NCBI GenBank assembly: GCA_020137815.1
Contig: CM035354.1
Location: forward strand, 5,394,001 to 5,458,000
Length of the DNA: 64,000 bases
Origin: Hormiphora californensis
Taxonomy: Eukaryota; Animalia; Ctenophora
Reading direction: 5' to 3'
Shown here: piece after piece, positions 1 to 54,736 of the stretch
Layout: each line of letters starts with the position of its first letter
Numbering within the stretch: position 1 is the first letter of the stretch
Notes under the pieces: generated by a model
What the model was told of the DNA's origin: nothing
The model's input: the letters and a program-made list of their open reading frames with translations, nothing else
Database searches by the model: none
Program-made: the position numbers and the translations under genes

Positions 1-321
1 ACCCCTTGCTTGGATATATTTTATCGCCTTATCCACCTTTCTCTAGCACATATCTCCCTCTTTCTCTCCCTCTCACTCACTCTCTCTCACTATTTCCTTT
101 CTCTCTATTCCACAGACGCACACGCATGCTAAAGATGTACTAATGAAACATGCTACATTATTTTATGTTGCGCAACAGCGACGAGCTCTCTCGCAATCCT
201 TTCTCACTCTCACTCCTTCTCTCTGCTCTCTTTCTCTCTATCTCTCACTCCTCGCCTGACAGACCCGGCATTTTTAGGTTATTACTCCCCCGAACCTGCA
301 ATATATCACTTATTTCAACAG

Positions 322-12744
<12,423 letters not shown>

Positions 12745-13785
12745 ATACATCTGGGTTTCAGGAAGGGGATTTAGGGGGGTGTGTGTTTGTTTCCTCCCGT
12801 GGTTTTGTTTCGTTTATTATCTGCACACGTATTATTACACAGAGAATAGAACGAGAGAGATTGAGCGAGCTGTCATTGCTTTACAATTATATACAAAATA
12901 GAACAAATCGATTGGAATATTAGAGAGGCGAGTTAAAATGTGGCAGAAAGTTATTGCCCTGTTACATCGCTCCGTTTTATTTTTCTTTGGTTTTGGAAGA
13001 GAATAAGAGAGTTATTAACAGAGATGATCGCTCCACCTTGTTGGTGTGTCCCGTATTTAATAAGCATTTTTAAAGGTAATTTATTTTATCGCCACCCCTT
13101 TATTTGTGTTTGCTTGAACCTCAAAACCACTCTCGAAAGACCGACACACGGAATGAGAGTTGGTAGGAGGTCAGGCGATGAAAGAGAGATACACGGCAAG
13201 TTTGAATATATCTCGTGTGACTTTTGAGTATGAGAAAGTTATAAGAGAAGGAGATGAAGAGAGTGATAGGCCTAGTTTTTTATTAAACTTTATCTATGTT
13301 ACAATTACTTACACTTTTCATTTCTTATGAAAATAGTTTTTGCATGTTTTTGTGTTCCTGGCCTGGATTTGGACCGCCCAAATTGGAGGATGGAGGGCGC
13401 GAGTGAACTTCTCAAAGTGGGAACCAATGCGCACAGCGCGCGGTATTTTGCTACGCGCAAAACAAGCGCCGCGCTAAATTGCTCCGAAAAAAAAAATTGT
13501 GTTGCGCGGCGTGAAATCCGGAGCTGAGAAGATAAGAAGTTTTTTTGAAAACACGCGTTCCTTTTTATTTTAGAAGGCTGAAATTCCTCTTAGATGCGAT
13601 AGGGATCACTCTGTTATGTTTAGGACAACCAGGGCGCTTTCTCCAGTATCTGTAGCTATTTTCAAGATGGCTTGACTTTTTGATCAAGAAACATAGCCAT
13701 AAAACCGCCTAGAAAATACGTTTTTGGGTCCCAAAACTATAAAGCATGATTAGCCGACAGTATGAAGGAGAGGGTATGCTTATAA

Positions 13786-14773
13786 ACTTTCTTGTGCCTA
13801 ACAGAGAATTGTCTTTGCAGTCTCAACTTTGATTTCGCTGCTATTTCTTGTCGTTTTCTAGCGACATAAGTGATCACTGGGGTTCGTACTTCAGTCACTG
13901 TCTCAAGGACTTAACTGCGAATGAAATTATTGAGGCTACTTCGCGTATTTTTCTCTCCAGTATGAAACTTGCCAGAGCAACAATGAACAATTTTGAAAAT
14001 GTTATCAGCGCAGAAAAACTCGAGAAACAACTACGTGAATGCAAAGAAGAACTTGATCGCCACCGTCTTAGCGTGATTGAGCTTCAGCAAACGGTTATTG
14101 AAGCCCAAAAGCAACAACTAAGTGCAGTGTCAACTTCGGTGAAGAAGGTGAAAGCCTACTCTTCTGTGCTTGCACAGAATTGTGCTGCAACCTCCCCTAA
14201 AGTGGTAAAACCACTAACGTCGCACCACCCTACTCCCGTCCAACAGCCCGGAAGAGAGAAGAACCTGATTGTGTTTGGTCTCCAAGAAACAACCGATAGA
14301 GTAGCTAAAACTACTTTAGACGAACTTTTTGAGGAACTGCAAGAGAAACCGAAAGTGACAACGATAAAACGCATCGGGGAAAGAAATGAGAAACGTCCTA
14401 GACCGCTCTTAGTATCCCTGGAGAGGAGAGCGACTCTCCTGGCGCTTCTCAAAAAAGCACGAAACCTCAAAGACTCCAAACAGTTTTCGGCTGTTTATCT
14501 ATCTCCGGATCTAACGCCCTCTGAACTGAAGGAGCAAAAAGCTCTCAGGTCCACTTTGAAACGGATACGACTAGAAGATCCAGACGGCTGCTATTTTATC
14601 CGTAACAATGTTATCCAAGTGGGATAGTTCCCGACTAATTCACCGTTATCAGAGAACCGTGCTAGGAGCAGGCAGTCTGCTACAGTCCCTTTCAAATGAA
14701 GGAAAACGAGTTGTCTGTAATTAAAACTGTGTCAGTGCGGGATATAAACTGTCATTTTTATTATTATTATTTA
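13786..14773 (+). mobile_element. ~1-kb non-autonomous LINE-derived element encoding ORF1p only
   Basis: Contains an intact ORF1p-like ORF, a short 3' UTR, a (TTA)n tail at ~14758-14773 and a candidate TSD TTATAA (13780-13785 and 14774-14779). No ORF2/RT follows. Confidence 0.7.
13962..14627 (+). CDS. LINE ORF1p-like protein (coiled coil + RRM-like + C-terminal domain)
   Basis: Coiled coil LEKQLRECKEELDRHRL, then REKNLIVFGLQE..RIGERNEKRPRPLLVSL..VYLSPDLTPSE, motifs typical of non-LTR retrotransposon ORF1p. First ATG at 13962; the frame is open from 13848. Confidence 0.75.
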   Translation: MKLARATMNNFENVISAEKLEKQLRECKEELDRHRLSVIELQQTVIEAQKQQLSAVSTSVKKVKAYSSVLAQNCAATSPKVVKPLTSHHPTPVQQPGREKNLIVFGLQETTDRVAKTTLDELFEELQEKPKVTTIKRIGERNEKRPRPLLVSLERRATLLALLKKARNLKDSKQFSAVYLSPDLTPSELKEQKALRSTLKRIRLEDPDGCYFIRNNVIQVG

Positions 14774-15486
14774 TTATAAGATTGACGAACTCCATGTCGT
14801 CAGCCAAAAAACGTGAGAAAGCGTGTTTTTAAATGTCAATGCGTGTTTGCAGTAGGCACACTTCAGTTGAGCGAAAAATTTACCAAACAATTTTAACCAC
14901 CGAGAGGACAATTCTAAACATACTAACAATTATTGCTCGGCCTATTTATCAACAGCAAGTCATATCAGACCAGAAATAAATTATCAGTCCTCAGTGAGGA
15001 CTCCTCACTCCTCATACTTCCCTGGACGTCGACTGGAGATAACGGTCCTATTCCGATTCTATTAGGATTACCTCCATTTATCTCTCGTGAAATTTACCCC
15101 AGTCAATAAGAACATGAAAGTGAAATGCTCACTTAGCTAAGACTTAATTCGGTCCTAGCCTTTGTTCCTATAAATATCCGATAATGGGTCCATATATTAA
15201 AGTGATTCAATAACTCATTTCCATTCAATTGGTACGATAGTTTATTAGAATATCCCAATTTCATCTTCACTTTCATCGTCTAATCAGCAAATTCACCTGC
15301 TCGGCCCTTTACCTTGGGTGCGGATGGGAGGGAGCGTGTTGTGTGTGTGTGTGTGTTGTAATTCAATTTCCTGACCAAGTACCCTCCCCTTGTTAAAGCT
15401 CTCTCTCTCTTATAATATCTCCCCCTCCCTGTTACACTCACCCTGCTCCCTCTTAGAGTGTGTGTGCGGCACACTGCAATGTCACA

Positions 15487-41274
<25,788 letters not shown>

Positions 41275-42515
41275 GGAAGGTGTGCTGTACCAGCTGGGGT
41301 GGGGAAATGATTTCACAAAGACTATTCTCATTTTCAAACCCCCCTATGGGGCAGCTTCTCGCTCGTTGTTATACACGAACTATGTACAGTTCATATATGT
41401 TGCATTCTGCCCTCAGCCTCTTTTGGAGGTGTGCCAGAAAGAGGGGCAGTTGAACCGATATAGTGTAGGTTTTCGTTATATGCCTTGCTTATTTATTTGA
41501 TTTTGAGAAACGAAGATGTGAGTGATTGAGTGAGTTGTCAGTGAGTTGTCAGTGAGTGAATGAGAGAATCAGTGTGAGAAACTATGAGAAACGATGAGAA
41601 ACGAGAGAGAGAAAGAGAAAGAAAGTTGACAATTTTAATCAGAATTATTCGTGGTGGAATTTAAATTTTTGCCCTTGAAGATGCCAAACATTTGCATGAA
41701 TAAACTGTTTCGTTTAACGATTTAATCAATTTTTCACTTTATATTTTAGTAGGCTTTGTCTTGTAGGTCGAGTATACTGTATATGAATGTCAGAGCAAGT
41801 TCAACTCAAGGGTAGAAAAGCTAATCGACTAGTATCTCGCCCTACAAGTTAAGTTGTGAATCATGATAGTTCCTCAATATTGTACTGCCTAACCAATTCA
41901 GTATTGCGTATAATAGGCCCAATGTTTTTTTGTTAATATGTATTGTTTTCCGATCGTAACACTGTTAGCTCCATTTTACATTCATGTTTAAGTTTAATGA
42001 GACATATCAAATGCACTACTGAAATGTTTATTGTGCTTCTTTGTTGGCAGAAAATAAATTCGGAACTTAGTTAAATGTGTTTTTACTTTGTTTGATCTGG
42101 AGACTGTCATGGCAAATTTATCCGATACGATTGAACATTATGAGTTCAAACTTCCAGGCGCGCGAAAATCATTTGCGCGTTGTCTAAATGCGCGCGCTTA
42201 AGATTTCAAACTTGAAATTTATTTTTGCAATCCAAATTTCGCGAGTTCCGACCAAAAGTTTTTTTGAAGAAATTCGGGAAGCAATTTTTGTCATAATAGT
42301 GGTACTCATTGCTCTGTCATATTTGCTGTCCACGAGGTCCAAGACACGCAAAAAATTAAAAAGTATTCAATATGGATTGCGTCTTAGAAGTCGTAGACCG
42401 CGGACCGCGAATATGACGGAGTGTTGCCGGTTGGCGTGCGCCGCAGAGTAAATATCAAATATAAATATGTGGCGTGTCAGCCTTCAGAGTGAAGCGTTGT
42501 CTACATTTTATCTGA

Positions 42516-42830
42516 CTAGCGCACCCATTGGGTGCGCCTCAAGTAAGGGCCTTTTGATAACCCACCCGGCTTAGCTTCGCCGTGTGGCTCATTTCGCCAC
42601 TTTCAACGTCAATAACACGGTTGCCATGGCAACTGAATTGGTAACTATGGGGACTGGCATGTTAAAAGGCATTCGAAAATATTACCAAACTTCCACTGGA
42701 AGTTCCAAAACTGTGAGTAACAGCTTTACAGCTTTGGGCACATAGAGTGTTTTATGAAGGAGCAGCCTGTCGCTTAGATACCGCCTAACGAACGACTTCG
42801 ACGACGTTCATCTCCAAATTATAATAGAGA
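42516..42830 (-). mobile_element. Non-autonomous Helitron, copy 1
   Basis: Minus strand reads A|TCTCTATTATAA...GCGCACCCAATGGGTGCGCTAG|T: 5' TC, 3' GC-rich hairpin + CTAG, inserted between A and T, no TSD. A similar copy lies at 61843-62141 with the same ends. Confidence 0.85.
42620..42633. promoter_or_regulatory. Perfect palindromic RFX X-box motif inside Helitron copy 1
   Basis: GTTGCCATGGCAAC; motif match only, function untested. Confidence 0.5.
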
Positions 42831-43217
42831 TATCTGTGTTAGGAGGGGAAGCACGGAAATTTTGTTGAAAACTTTTTGCTGATTCAGTAAAAGGGAGTTT
42901 TTAAATGGAGTGGCTGACTTCTAATCAGTGACATGTGCACTGAAGAGACTTCTAATGGGACTTATTAATGGCTATCCGTTTTGCCCACAAAAAAGGGGCA
43001 GTATATGTAATGTATACATTTTAGAGTTAATAATAATAATAATAATTAAATGGAGTGGGCCGGTGAGTTCATTCTAAAAAGAGAGAAAATTTGCAACACT
43101 ACAATTGCCGAGACTTAGTGCACTGTCACACGCTCAGATAAGGTTTTGATTGAAAAATTTGAGACTCAAAATATGTAACTGTGGAGTCTACTGTATGTAG
43201 TTAGTTACCTATATTTA

Positions 43218-43839
43218 TTACAAACCTTCAATTTCCACAATGGCCCACGTTTCTACAATTAGAGCTCTTCTGTTTGCCCCAGCAGCTGCTTTCCATTGAA
43301 TGAATCTGCCCTTGAAACCATGACAACTGAGCGAGTAGTTTTGACTTTCTATCGTGTTGATGTCATGATTCACTCCACTCAGTTCCTCGCATGAGCCAAC
43401 AACATCCCCTGAACTTTCAAGGACAATTGGGACGGAACCTTCCATATACTGGACCCATCCTAGTTCAGCGTCGTAAATCGATTCCTTGTTCATCAACACA
43501 ACCGAGGTGGAGACAAACTCGATATTATCTCTTCCATAGTCGATTGTGATGGTTCCTTGCTCTGCCGGTATATCATCAGTCTCTCCGTATGTTGTAAAAT
43601 CATTGTCACAGATGTACAGTGCAGGGTGATTGTACAAATTAGAACTCATCTCAACTGATGAACAGTCACCTGGAAGGAATTGGTGGAATTTCAATTGGTG
43701 TTTTTTAGAAGCCTAGTAAAACCATTAGTATGTATTTTATTAGCCAATACACAATCTACATACGTCGTACAGCAGCGTGGCATCCACAGATTATAATGGT
43801 AATCACTACAACACCTTCCAGCACTGGGAAACGTAACAT
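43218..43839 (-). CDS. Secreted F-type lectin/discoidin (galactose-binding-domain-like) protein, 2 exons, ~175 aa
   Basis: Exon 43839-43764 (signal peptide MLRFPVLEGVVVITIIICGCHA) splices in phase 1 to 43669-43218. Pattern MSSN..HPALYICDND..ITIDYG..VVLMN..C..YSLSC..KGRFIQ resembles the F5/8C/fucolectin fold. Confidence 0.65.
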
Positions 43840-45690
43840 AGCTAACCTTAATTGATAATTAATGCTGGTTTGTTATCACGCATGACACTAAGGAACGAGG
43901 AACTAAGTTTCCTCTACTGAGTATAATAATATTGGTGGACAATTTTGCAGTGGAAAGGAGGTCATGCTGAATGTGGAGGAGGCGTTATCCCTTCTCCCTG
44001 ACCAAGTTCAACAACAACATGTGGTTCGGGTGTTATGCCCGGGTAAACATTACCAAGCTGTGAGATTTGAGAAGTCCCCTGCGTTTTTCTTGGCCTTGGT
44101 ACTCTAGTATAATGAGTAGTGTAGACAGGTTGGTCATGTGACAAGAACCTAGCGACCAATCATCTCAGCTGAACCTAATAGTGAACCAATAGGCGTGGAG
44201 TTCCATTGTCTACTATAGCGAGCAAGGATCTGGGTAGACGTTTTGCAGGCGCCTTTCTGATGCAGATGAGCCGCACCAGAAGTTCCGAGTAGTAAACAGT
44301 GCTAAACGTTCATAGGCACCAACCGCTTCCAAGAAGAAGACAGAACAGCAGCTTAGAAACATGCAGACTGCTCACCTAATAGACAGTGACTGATAAACAG
44401 ATAATTGATAAACAAGGGGAAGCTCATTTGATCCCGACCCAGCAAGCATCTCTAAGCTCAAGTCATCCAAAAATATGATAAGTAGTTGGATCCCAATACA
44501 TGTCATTAACTCTTTTCCCTTCAATTCTATTTTCAATAATATCCAAAACTTCATAAACATGTATAACATATTCCAAGGTATTTCTTCACTTCAGAGATAT
44601 ATGCCATTTCTAACACAATATAGTGTGGATTGTAAGCCCACGATGTGTAATATGAGTCTTTCTAAGATAAAACTTGTTACAACAACTCCGTTCTCTTTCT
44701 CTCTGGTGCTTCACAATCCCCCAGATGTGTTCTCTTTTGCATATCATCCACCGTAATTTGACAATTCAGAATGCAAGACGGTAATTTTGATTAGCCTGCT
44801 CTTTGTGTCTCTATAGTTTCTTGATTTCCATTCTGCACAGAGCTGGATGTCCGATGTCGAGCTGCATTGTGCAAAGGTGAAAGGAGGTTCATAAAACTCT
44901 GTTTTGCTACAGAAGGCAGCAACATAACCGTATTTATACTAAAATCTTTTGTCTTGTACTTCTCTCTCCCCAGATCTCTTCCTTTCTACCCTCACACAGT
45001 GCTATACTTTTTCCTTTTGGCCGCCTATAACACACAGTTTTAATACACACACATATTTTATGGCTTAAAGGAAGTGCGGTGCAGCCTTATATGGTGTGAC
45101 CTTCCATACGGAGAGAGAGGGGGTCTCTACATGGGGACTGGGGAGGTACTAATATGTGCCAAATAGCCGCTAATTGGATCATTCCTTTTTGTTGATAGAG
45201 CTGAATCTCTCTGATGATTCTAATCTTGGGAGGATCATTTCTGTTTTTTTTGTACCTTTTTCTTGCTATTTCTTCCACTAAGTGTAATTGTTGACCAAAA
45301 TAACACATATCTCTATTTCCTTTCCTTCATTCATTATTACTGTAACACGTATAGCTTTGAATTTCTCACGAGTTTATGAGAATTGCACAGCTCCGTGCTG
45401 TGAGAGGATGTCTAGAGACAAGAATATATGAGGCCTGCAGCGAGTGAGAGCGAAATGAAAATGCTACTTTGTTTGTTCCTTTGTGCGACCTAGCTGCAGT
45501 AGGATGATGGTGCACCATTAGGCAAATGAACTGCAAAACTGTGTTGATTCATCTGGTAGTTAGACATGATCCTTTATTCTTGGAAACTCAGAAGGACTGA
45601 TATAAAGAGTGTTTAGTGAGCCTTCATGTCCCCTCTGTAACTGGACAATATTAGGGTACACGTGCATCATCTTTCTTAGTCCTATCTCTA

Positions 45691-45763
<73 letters not shown>

Positions 45764-45770
45764 TCCCCCC

Positions 45771-45849
<79 letters not shown>

Positions 45850-45857
45850 CTGTAGCC

Positions 45858-48655
45858 ATGACAACTACAAGTTGTGACCCCACAACCTACGAAGAGACAG
45901 ATCCTGAAATGCTCTTTGCGCCAGTAACGATACAGTGTACCAGTGATCTACTAATTGATATGGCAAAGGAATGGGATGAGCGGAACAGGAAAACGACAGA
46001 GTTCTACCGGAGGGCATCTTTTACTGGTAATTAAAATTATGTAATTGGTAATGTCTGCAAGGAGATACATCCTTTGCAGTACTGTGTGTGTACTGTTTAT
46101 TGAAAATTTACAAATCTATGGCTTCTGGTTTACATGCATCGGGGCAAATGACACAGTGCAATAGTACAAGAGTACCGGCTCTGTTCCCCACCTCCTAAAT
46201 TCCCCATGGTTCTTTCTAACTCACTCTCACTCTTCAGAGAAGTTTGGGTTCCACGCCATGCCTACGACATCAGGCCGGCTCTGCGAGCTGACTAAACGAA
46301 CAGAACACATCCCTTTTGATGATGTGTTCCTAGCTACCGGGGCACTTAGTCCCAGTCCCGTTGAGGAGGGAGGTTCACTACTTTTGGAAAACATGCACTC
46401 TTGCATATTTGTTGGGGAGATCGAGGGTGCTAAAATACTTGCACAGGTCCTGAAAAAGGTAAGTTAGTTCTCTCCTTCCGTCTAAATCAGATATAAATGT
46501 TAGCCGTTAGAGAGATATAAGAGAGAAAAATTCAAGGTGGTAAAATGTTTAGTAGTGACATGTGTAATTAAGTTCTCATTACAGTGCAATGTCTCTCACA
46601 CAATGGACAGTCCTCTAAACCCCGCTCTATAATACTTCTCTCTGAAACCATACTGATATTTTCCCTCTTTTTCCCTCTTTTTCTCTGTTTAGTTCTGGTT
46701 ATTTCATCTGTCACCGCCACATCAAACTCTAAAAGAATTCGAAGTTCCAACTCCATGCTGAGTGAAATGTGAAATGATTCTATCAACTACACAATATACT
46801 AATTCCCCTAATTCCCCACACAGGTAAAACGAAGTGAGGAGTATTTTCTGCACCAGATCGAGGTCCGAGAGAATTGTTCTGACGCGAGGGGGATTCTGGA
46901 ACTACGTCGATTCTCCTGTGACACCAAACATCTCATATTGGTGTATGAATACATGGATCTGGGGCCACTCCACACCATTATAGCAGATAACGTAAGATCT
47001 TGTTAATTGTGTGTTATTATCTTCATTTGATCATACCTAAACTTGTCTTGTTCGCGGTCTACCAGATGATGTAAGATCTTGTTCACACTCTCTAGCCCAT
47101 AAACAGCAATGTGAACGGTACACAGCTAAACATGATAAATCATTCGATTTGTAAGGAATAATGAGTCTCGAAGATAGAGTCATCTCTGTATTCAGACAGT
47201 GTGGTTATTACCCAATAACCCTGCAGTAATAGACGTCTGAGCTGTCAGCAGTACACTGTCTGAAAACACATTCTAAATACCCTCTACTTCCACAGTACAA
47301 GCTACCAAAATTGAGCTGGACGGCCCGAATTCAAATTATTTTTGAGCTGTGTACGATAATTGGGGAGCTCCATTCGAAATACCAAACTGCACATCTCAAC
47401 GTTTCCAGGTGCCTGGGGTATTTGGGTAATAAGGGAGAGAGATAAGATTGGTCATTGTTATTTTCTGTGCACCCCCTCCCTTTGCATGCAACATGATAAC
47501 CCTCCTTATTCCCGATAAGAGCCCATCGTACAACATTCCTCCTAACCTTACCATTTCCTCACGTTTCTCTATATTTCAGTGACAATGTGTTCCTGGACCG
47601 GCATTATCGCTGTAAATTGGGTGATTTTGGAAGCGGTACCGGTGATTCTCTCGACTTCAATTTTTGTGAAGATATTCACGATTTAGGCAAGGTGCGTTTC
47701 ATCACTTTATTCGGCTTTAGGAACCGTACAGTATTCTGCGGCTGAAAATTAGGCCATACACTCACTTTGCTATGCAGTCTGATTAGGACATTGAGGAGTG
47801 AGACGTAACGCGCGGAGACCCACATGTGGAATGGATCGCGCACGACCGCCAAGCTCGCTGATCCAGCTTGGGAGAAATATCCGAACATTTTCCAGTGTCT
47901 AAAAACATCTGCCACCTGTTTTTAACGCTCAGAGCATGTCAAGTCCAACCAAAACAAACATGTTGTAAATTCAACACTCTATGTACACTGTGTGTCTTAA
48001 CTCCCTCTCCCTCTCAGATCATGGTTGAACTGTATTTCGAGAACACGAAAACAAAATCAAAAGTCGATATTTTGGTAAGTTTAGTGAAAATCTCTGTTTT
48101 AATCAAAGTATAAAAACAAAACACTGAAAATAAACTATTGCACGAACGGTCGCATGGTCAGGAAACCGTGCATGATGAATTTCATTACACACACAAATCC
48201 ACACTATTATAATGGAGACAAATACACACACTGACAACAACCTACAAAATGTACCCCGGTATGAAATACAATTCAAACTCCACATTCTACGAAAACTCTC
48301 AGGCGACTAAGTTGGCGAAATGGGGCAGTGATCTGAATGGACTGCTACCTCACCGACACGCCTTATTATGCGATGTAGATGACCAGAGTCTACTTGGATA
48401 TCTCAAACTCGCCCAGTTCTGTCTCACCTCTGACTTCCTTACTAGTACTAAAGAGGTAAATCCTTATAACTCAGAAATATTAAATCCCAAACATTATTAT
48501 AGTTTCAGTAACTGATTATAAACAGACATAAATCATCCCACACAAATCACAATTAACTAATCTACAAATACAATTAATACATTATTCCCCAGGTGTTGGA
48601 TAAAGTTTCTGAATTTTATGAAGCCCAAAACAAGCTCTGTACAGCCGAAGTTTAA
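45858..48655 (+). CDS. IRAK4/Pelle-like pseudokinase without death domain, 8 exons, 351 aa
   Basis: Exons 45858-46026, 46238-46458, 46824-46991, 47296-47408, 47580-47691, 48018-48074, 48303-48455, 48593-48655 join in frame with no stops. Shows IPFDDVFLAT..PVEEGG, LILVYEYM (Tyr gatekeeper), LSWTARIQI and NVFLD..KLGDFG. Confidence 0.82.
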
Positions 48656-48826
48656 TAATCTCTCATTCATTGCCCACCGCTGATTATCCGTTGCCAAGAC
48701 GACGAGAACGCACTGTTTCCAAAGATTTTGTTATGAAAAGAAACACTGTTTTTACGTGAACTGAGCTGTATTTAATTGAAGATATGTATCTGTGTTGCCG
48801 AATCCTTGTTGTAAAATGAAGACTTT

Positions 48827-52417
<3,591 letters not shown>

Positions 52418-52719
52418 CCTATATAATTGTTATGTAGTAAAATAATGGTTGAGGTAAGGGCGGAAGAGGGCACTCTTATAATATCCTCACTCTATCAGTC
52501 ACAACTGTTGTTATTTCCATGTACACCGGAAGAAAAGAACGTTAAAAAATTATGAAGAAAAGAATATTGATCGAATGAAACATGTAAATCAAATGTTATT
52601 GAACAAAACAAGACCAACGATAGATTTATGCCATTCTTCAACGATTCCAATGACAGCATTGTTTCCAATGTTAATTTAAACAATGACAGCAACTTTTCAA
52701 CTTGTTGGATCGTTCCTGA

Positions 52720-54338
52720 CTATTCCACAGTAGGTGCATAAGAAGGTGAAAATAAAGCGATCGACATATCCCTCCGATATCTGTTACTATCAATATTATG
52801 TTTGTTAAAAGGTGCATAGGAAATATCCGTGGAAACGATAGGGAAATAGAACAGGTTAATTTCTGGTAAAATATTCTGGAGAAGTTCAGGATCTTGATGA
52901 AAATGAGCATCCTTCTGAGCTTCTAAAGTTCTTTGGTTACTTATCAGCTCTAGTGTAACTTTGGGCCAACTTTCTTTGTCTTTGATGTTAGTTGAGACCC
53001 TGACAGCAACCTTACATTTTCTGGAACCATCTCGATTATTTTTACAGTAACTGCGACAACAAGTAGTACCACAACCATGGTCTCCACAATGGAGATCTAT
53101 GAAACATACTTTCGAATCCACGAGGTCTTTATCTTGGAACTCAATTGCTTCACTGCTGTTAAAGGTTCGATTATAATAGTCAACGTATGGTTTCAAAACA
53201 TTGTACAAGTTTCCAAAGACCGCATCATAGATATAGGATATTTTTTGGATCTGTCGTCTTGACATTGCATCAGCAAAAGCAGCTGAAACATCTGTTTCCG
53301 TGTTAATATGTTCACCTTTCTCCATCCCATAAGCGGTTAACCCACCCAAAAAATGCAAGCAATTTTGAAGTCTTGGATGTTCATCACATACTTTGATCGC
53401 CTCGAGCCATGTTGAACACGACTTTATAGCCGGTATCATTATCGGGTAGGTGATCGTACGACTCCGCTCCTTGCTGTTTGTTGGAATGCCAGAAGTGGTA
53501 TCAGAAACACTGGGAGAAGGAAGGGAAACACTGATCGAAGGTACGGGAACACTTGCGAAGATCGCAAAAAGTGACACCAAATCCTCATTTGACAGACATT
53601 GTTGGACAGTCGTCAGGAGTCTCTGATACAGTCCGTGATTGGATTGAAAACACATTGTAAGCGATTGTGAAGAGAGGAACCTCCTCTCCACATCTGTCAG
53701 TTTCACTGGACGGGGCTTACTCTCTAGATTTTCAGTCCAGCCAACTGTAAAGAGCTGTAGTATCAGATCCAAGCTATGGAGAAACATAGCTCAGTAGAGG
53801 CGAACTCCTGTGTATTAGGATCCCGTGAGATAAAATTCCTGAACAAGTGCCAGCTGAAGATTTGGAAATGGCCTCAGTCCGATTTTTAGAGTTTCCCCGA
53901 GATCCTTGTTGTTCCTCTCCTTGAGGATATACTGATGCCTCATCAAACAAAAACCAGGCTTCCTCGAGAGAGTTCTCATCCATTCCCAGAGCAGAGACGG
54001 GTATAAAACTTGAGACAATCGTCTACCAGCCACTGAACCTTGAAAACTGCACTCAGTTTGTTGACTTCCCGGAAGTTTTCCTTACTGATTGAAAGGGTTC
54101 CAGTGTAGCAAGACTCTACAAAGGTGAGGACAGAACGACAGGAAAACTCCTCCATATCAAGTTCCTTGATGAGCTGGGTACCCACTAGTTCACGCACCAC
54201 CGGACTGTTGAGGGCCAGGGGGAAGGAACTAGCCTTGACAACTGCACCTTTATTGCACGTGAATTCCAGATCACATAGGCCTTCAAAATCAAGGTATTGC
54301 CTTCCAAAGTTCATGGGAACTGAACACTCTGCAACCAT
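52720..54338 (-). CDS. Intronless BTB/POZ-domain protein; several frameshifts at ~53735-53986 (assembly error or pseudogene)
   Basis: CDLEFTC..VKASSFPLALNSPVVREL..LDMEEFS..VLTFVESCYTGTLSISKENFREVNKLSAVFKVQWL is a BTB domain; removing about five single extra bases links it to the 355-aa ORF ending at 52720. Confidence 0.75.
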
Positions 54339-54736
54339 GATCCTAGTTTTCCTGGCCAGGAGTATAGATAAATTAATAATCAATCAATTGTATTTTATAC
54401 AGTCAGCCTAAAAATCGTTAAAATGTTCATCGTTACAATAACAATTTACCTAAATACAAAATCAGAGTTTTTTCAAAGATAGAAACTTCAGATTTTGAGG
54501 TTAGGAAGAAATTGATATGTTATTTCTAACCTCCAAATTGGAAGTCCCTATCTTGTCAGGGAGCGAAGCAATGTAACACAAAAAAACGGGCGGACAATTC
54601 GCATTTTGAAGAAAGAAAAAAACGGGGGGGGGGGGGGGTGGCGGCCAACATCGGCCTGAATATAAATACGTGTATACACTTGACAATAATCAAAACTGTA
54701 TCAAATCAAATATAAAAGTAGAGTCAGTTACGCATC

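Noticed and set aside
44590-44940. Coding-looking minus-strand stretch (YKYGYVAAFCSKTEFYEPP...)
   Set aside because: Interrupted by stops, with no start and no identifiable family; at most a decayed pseudogene.
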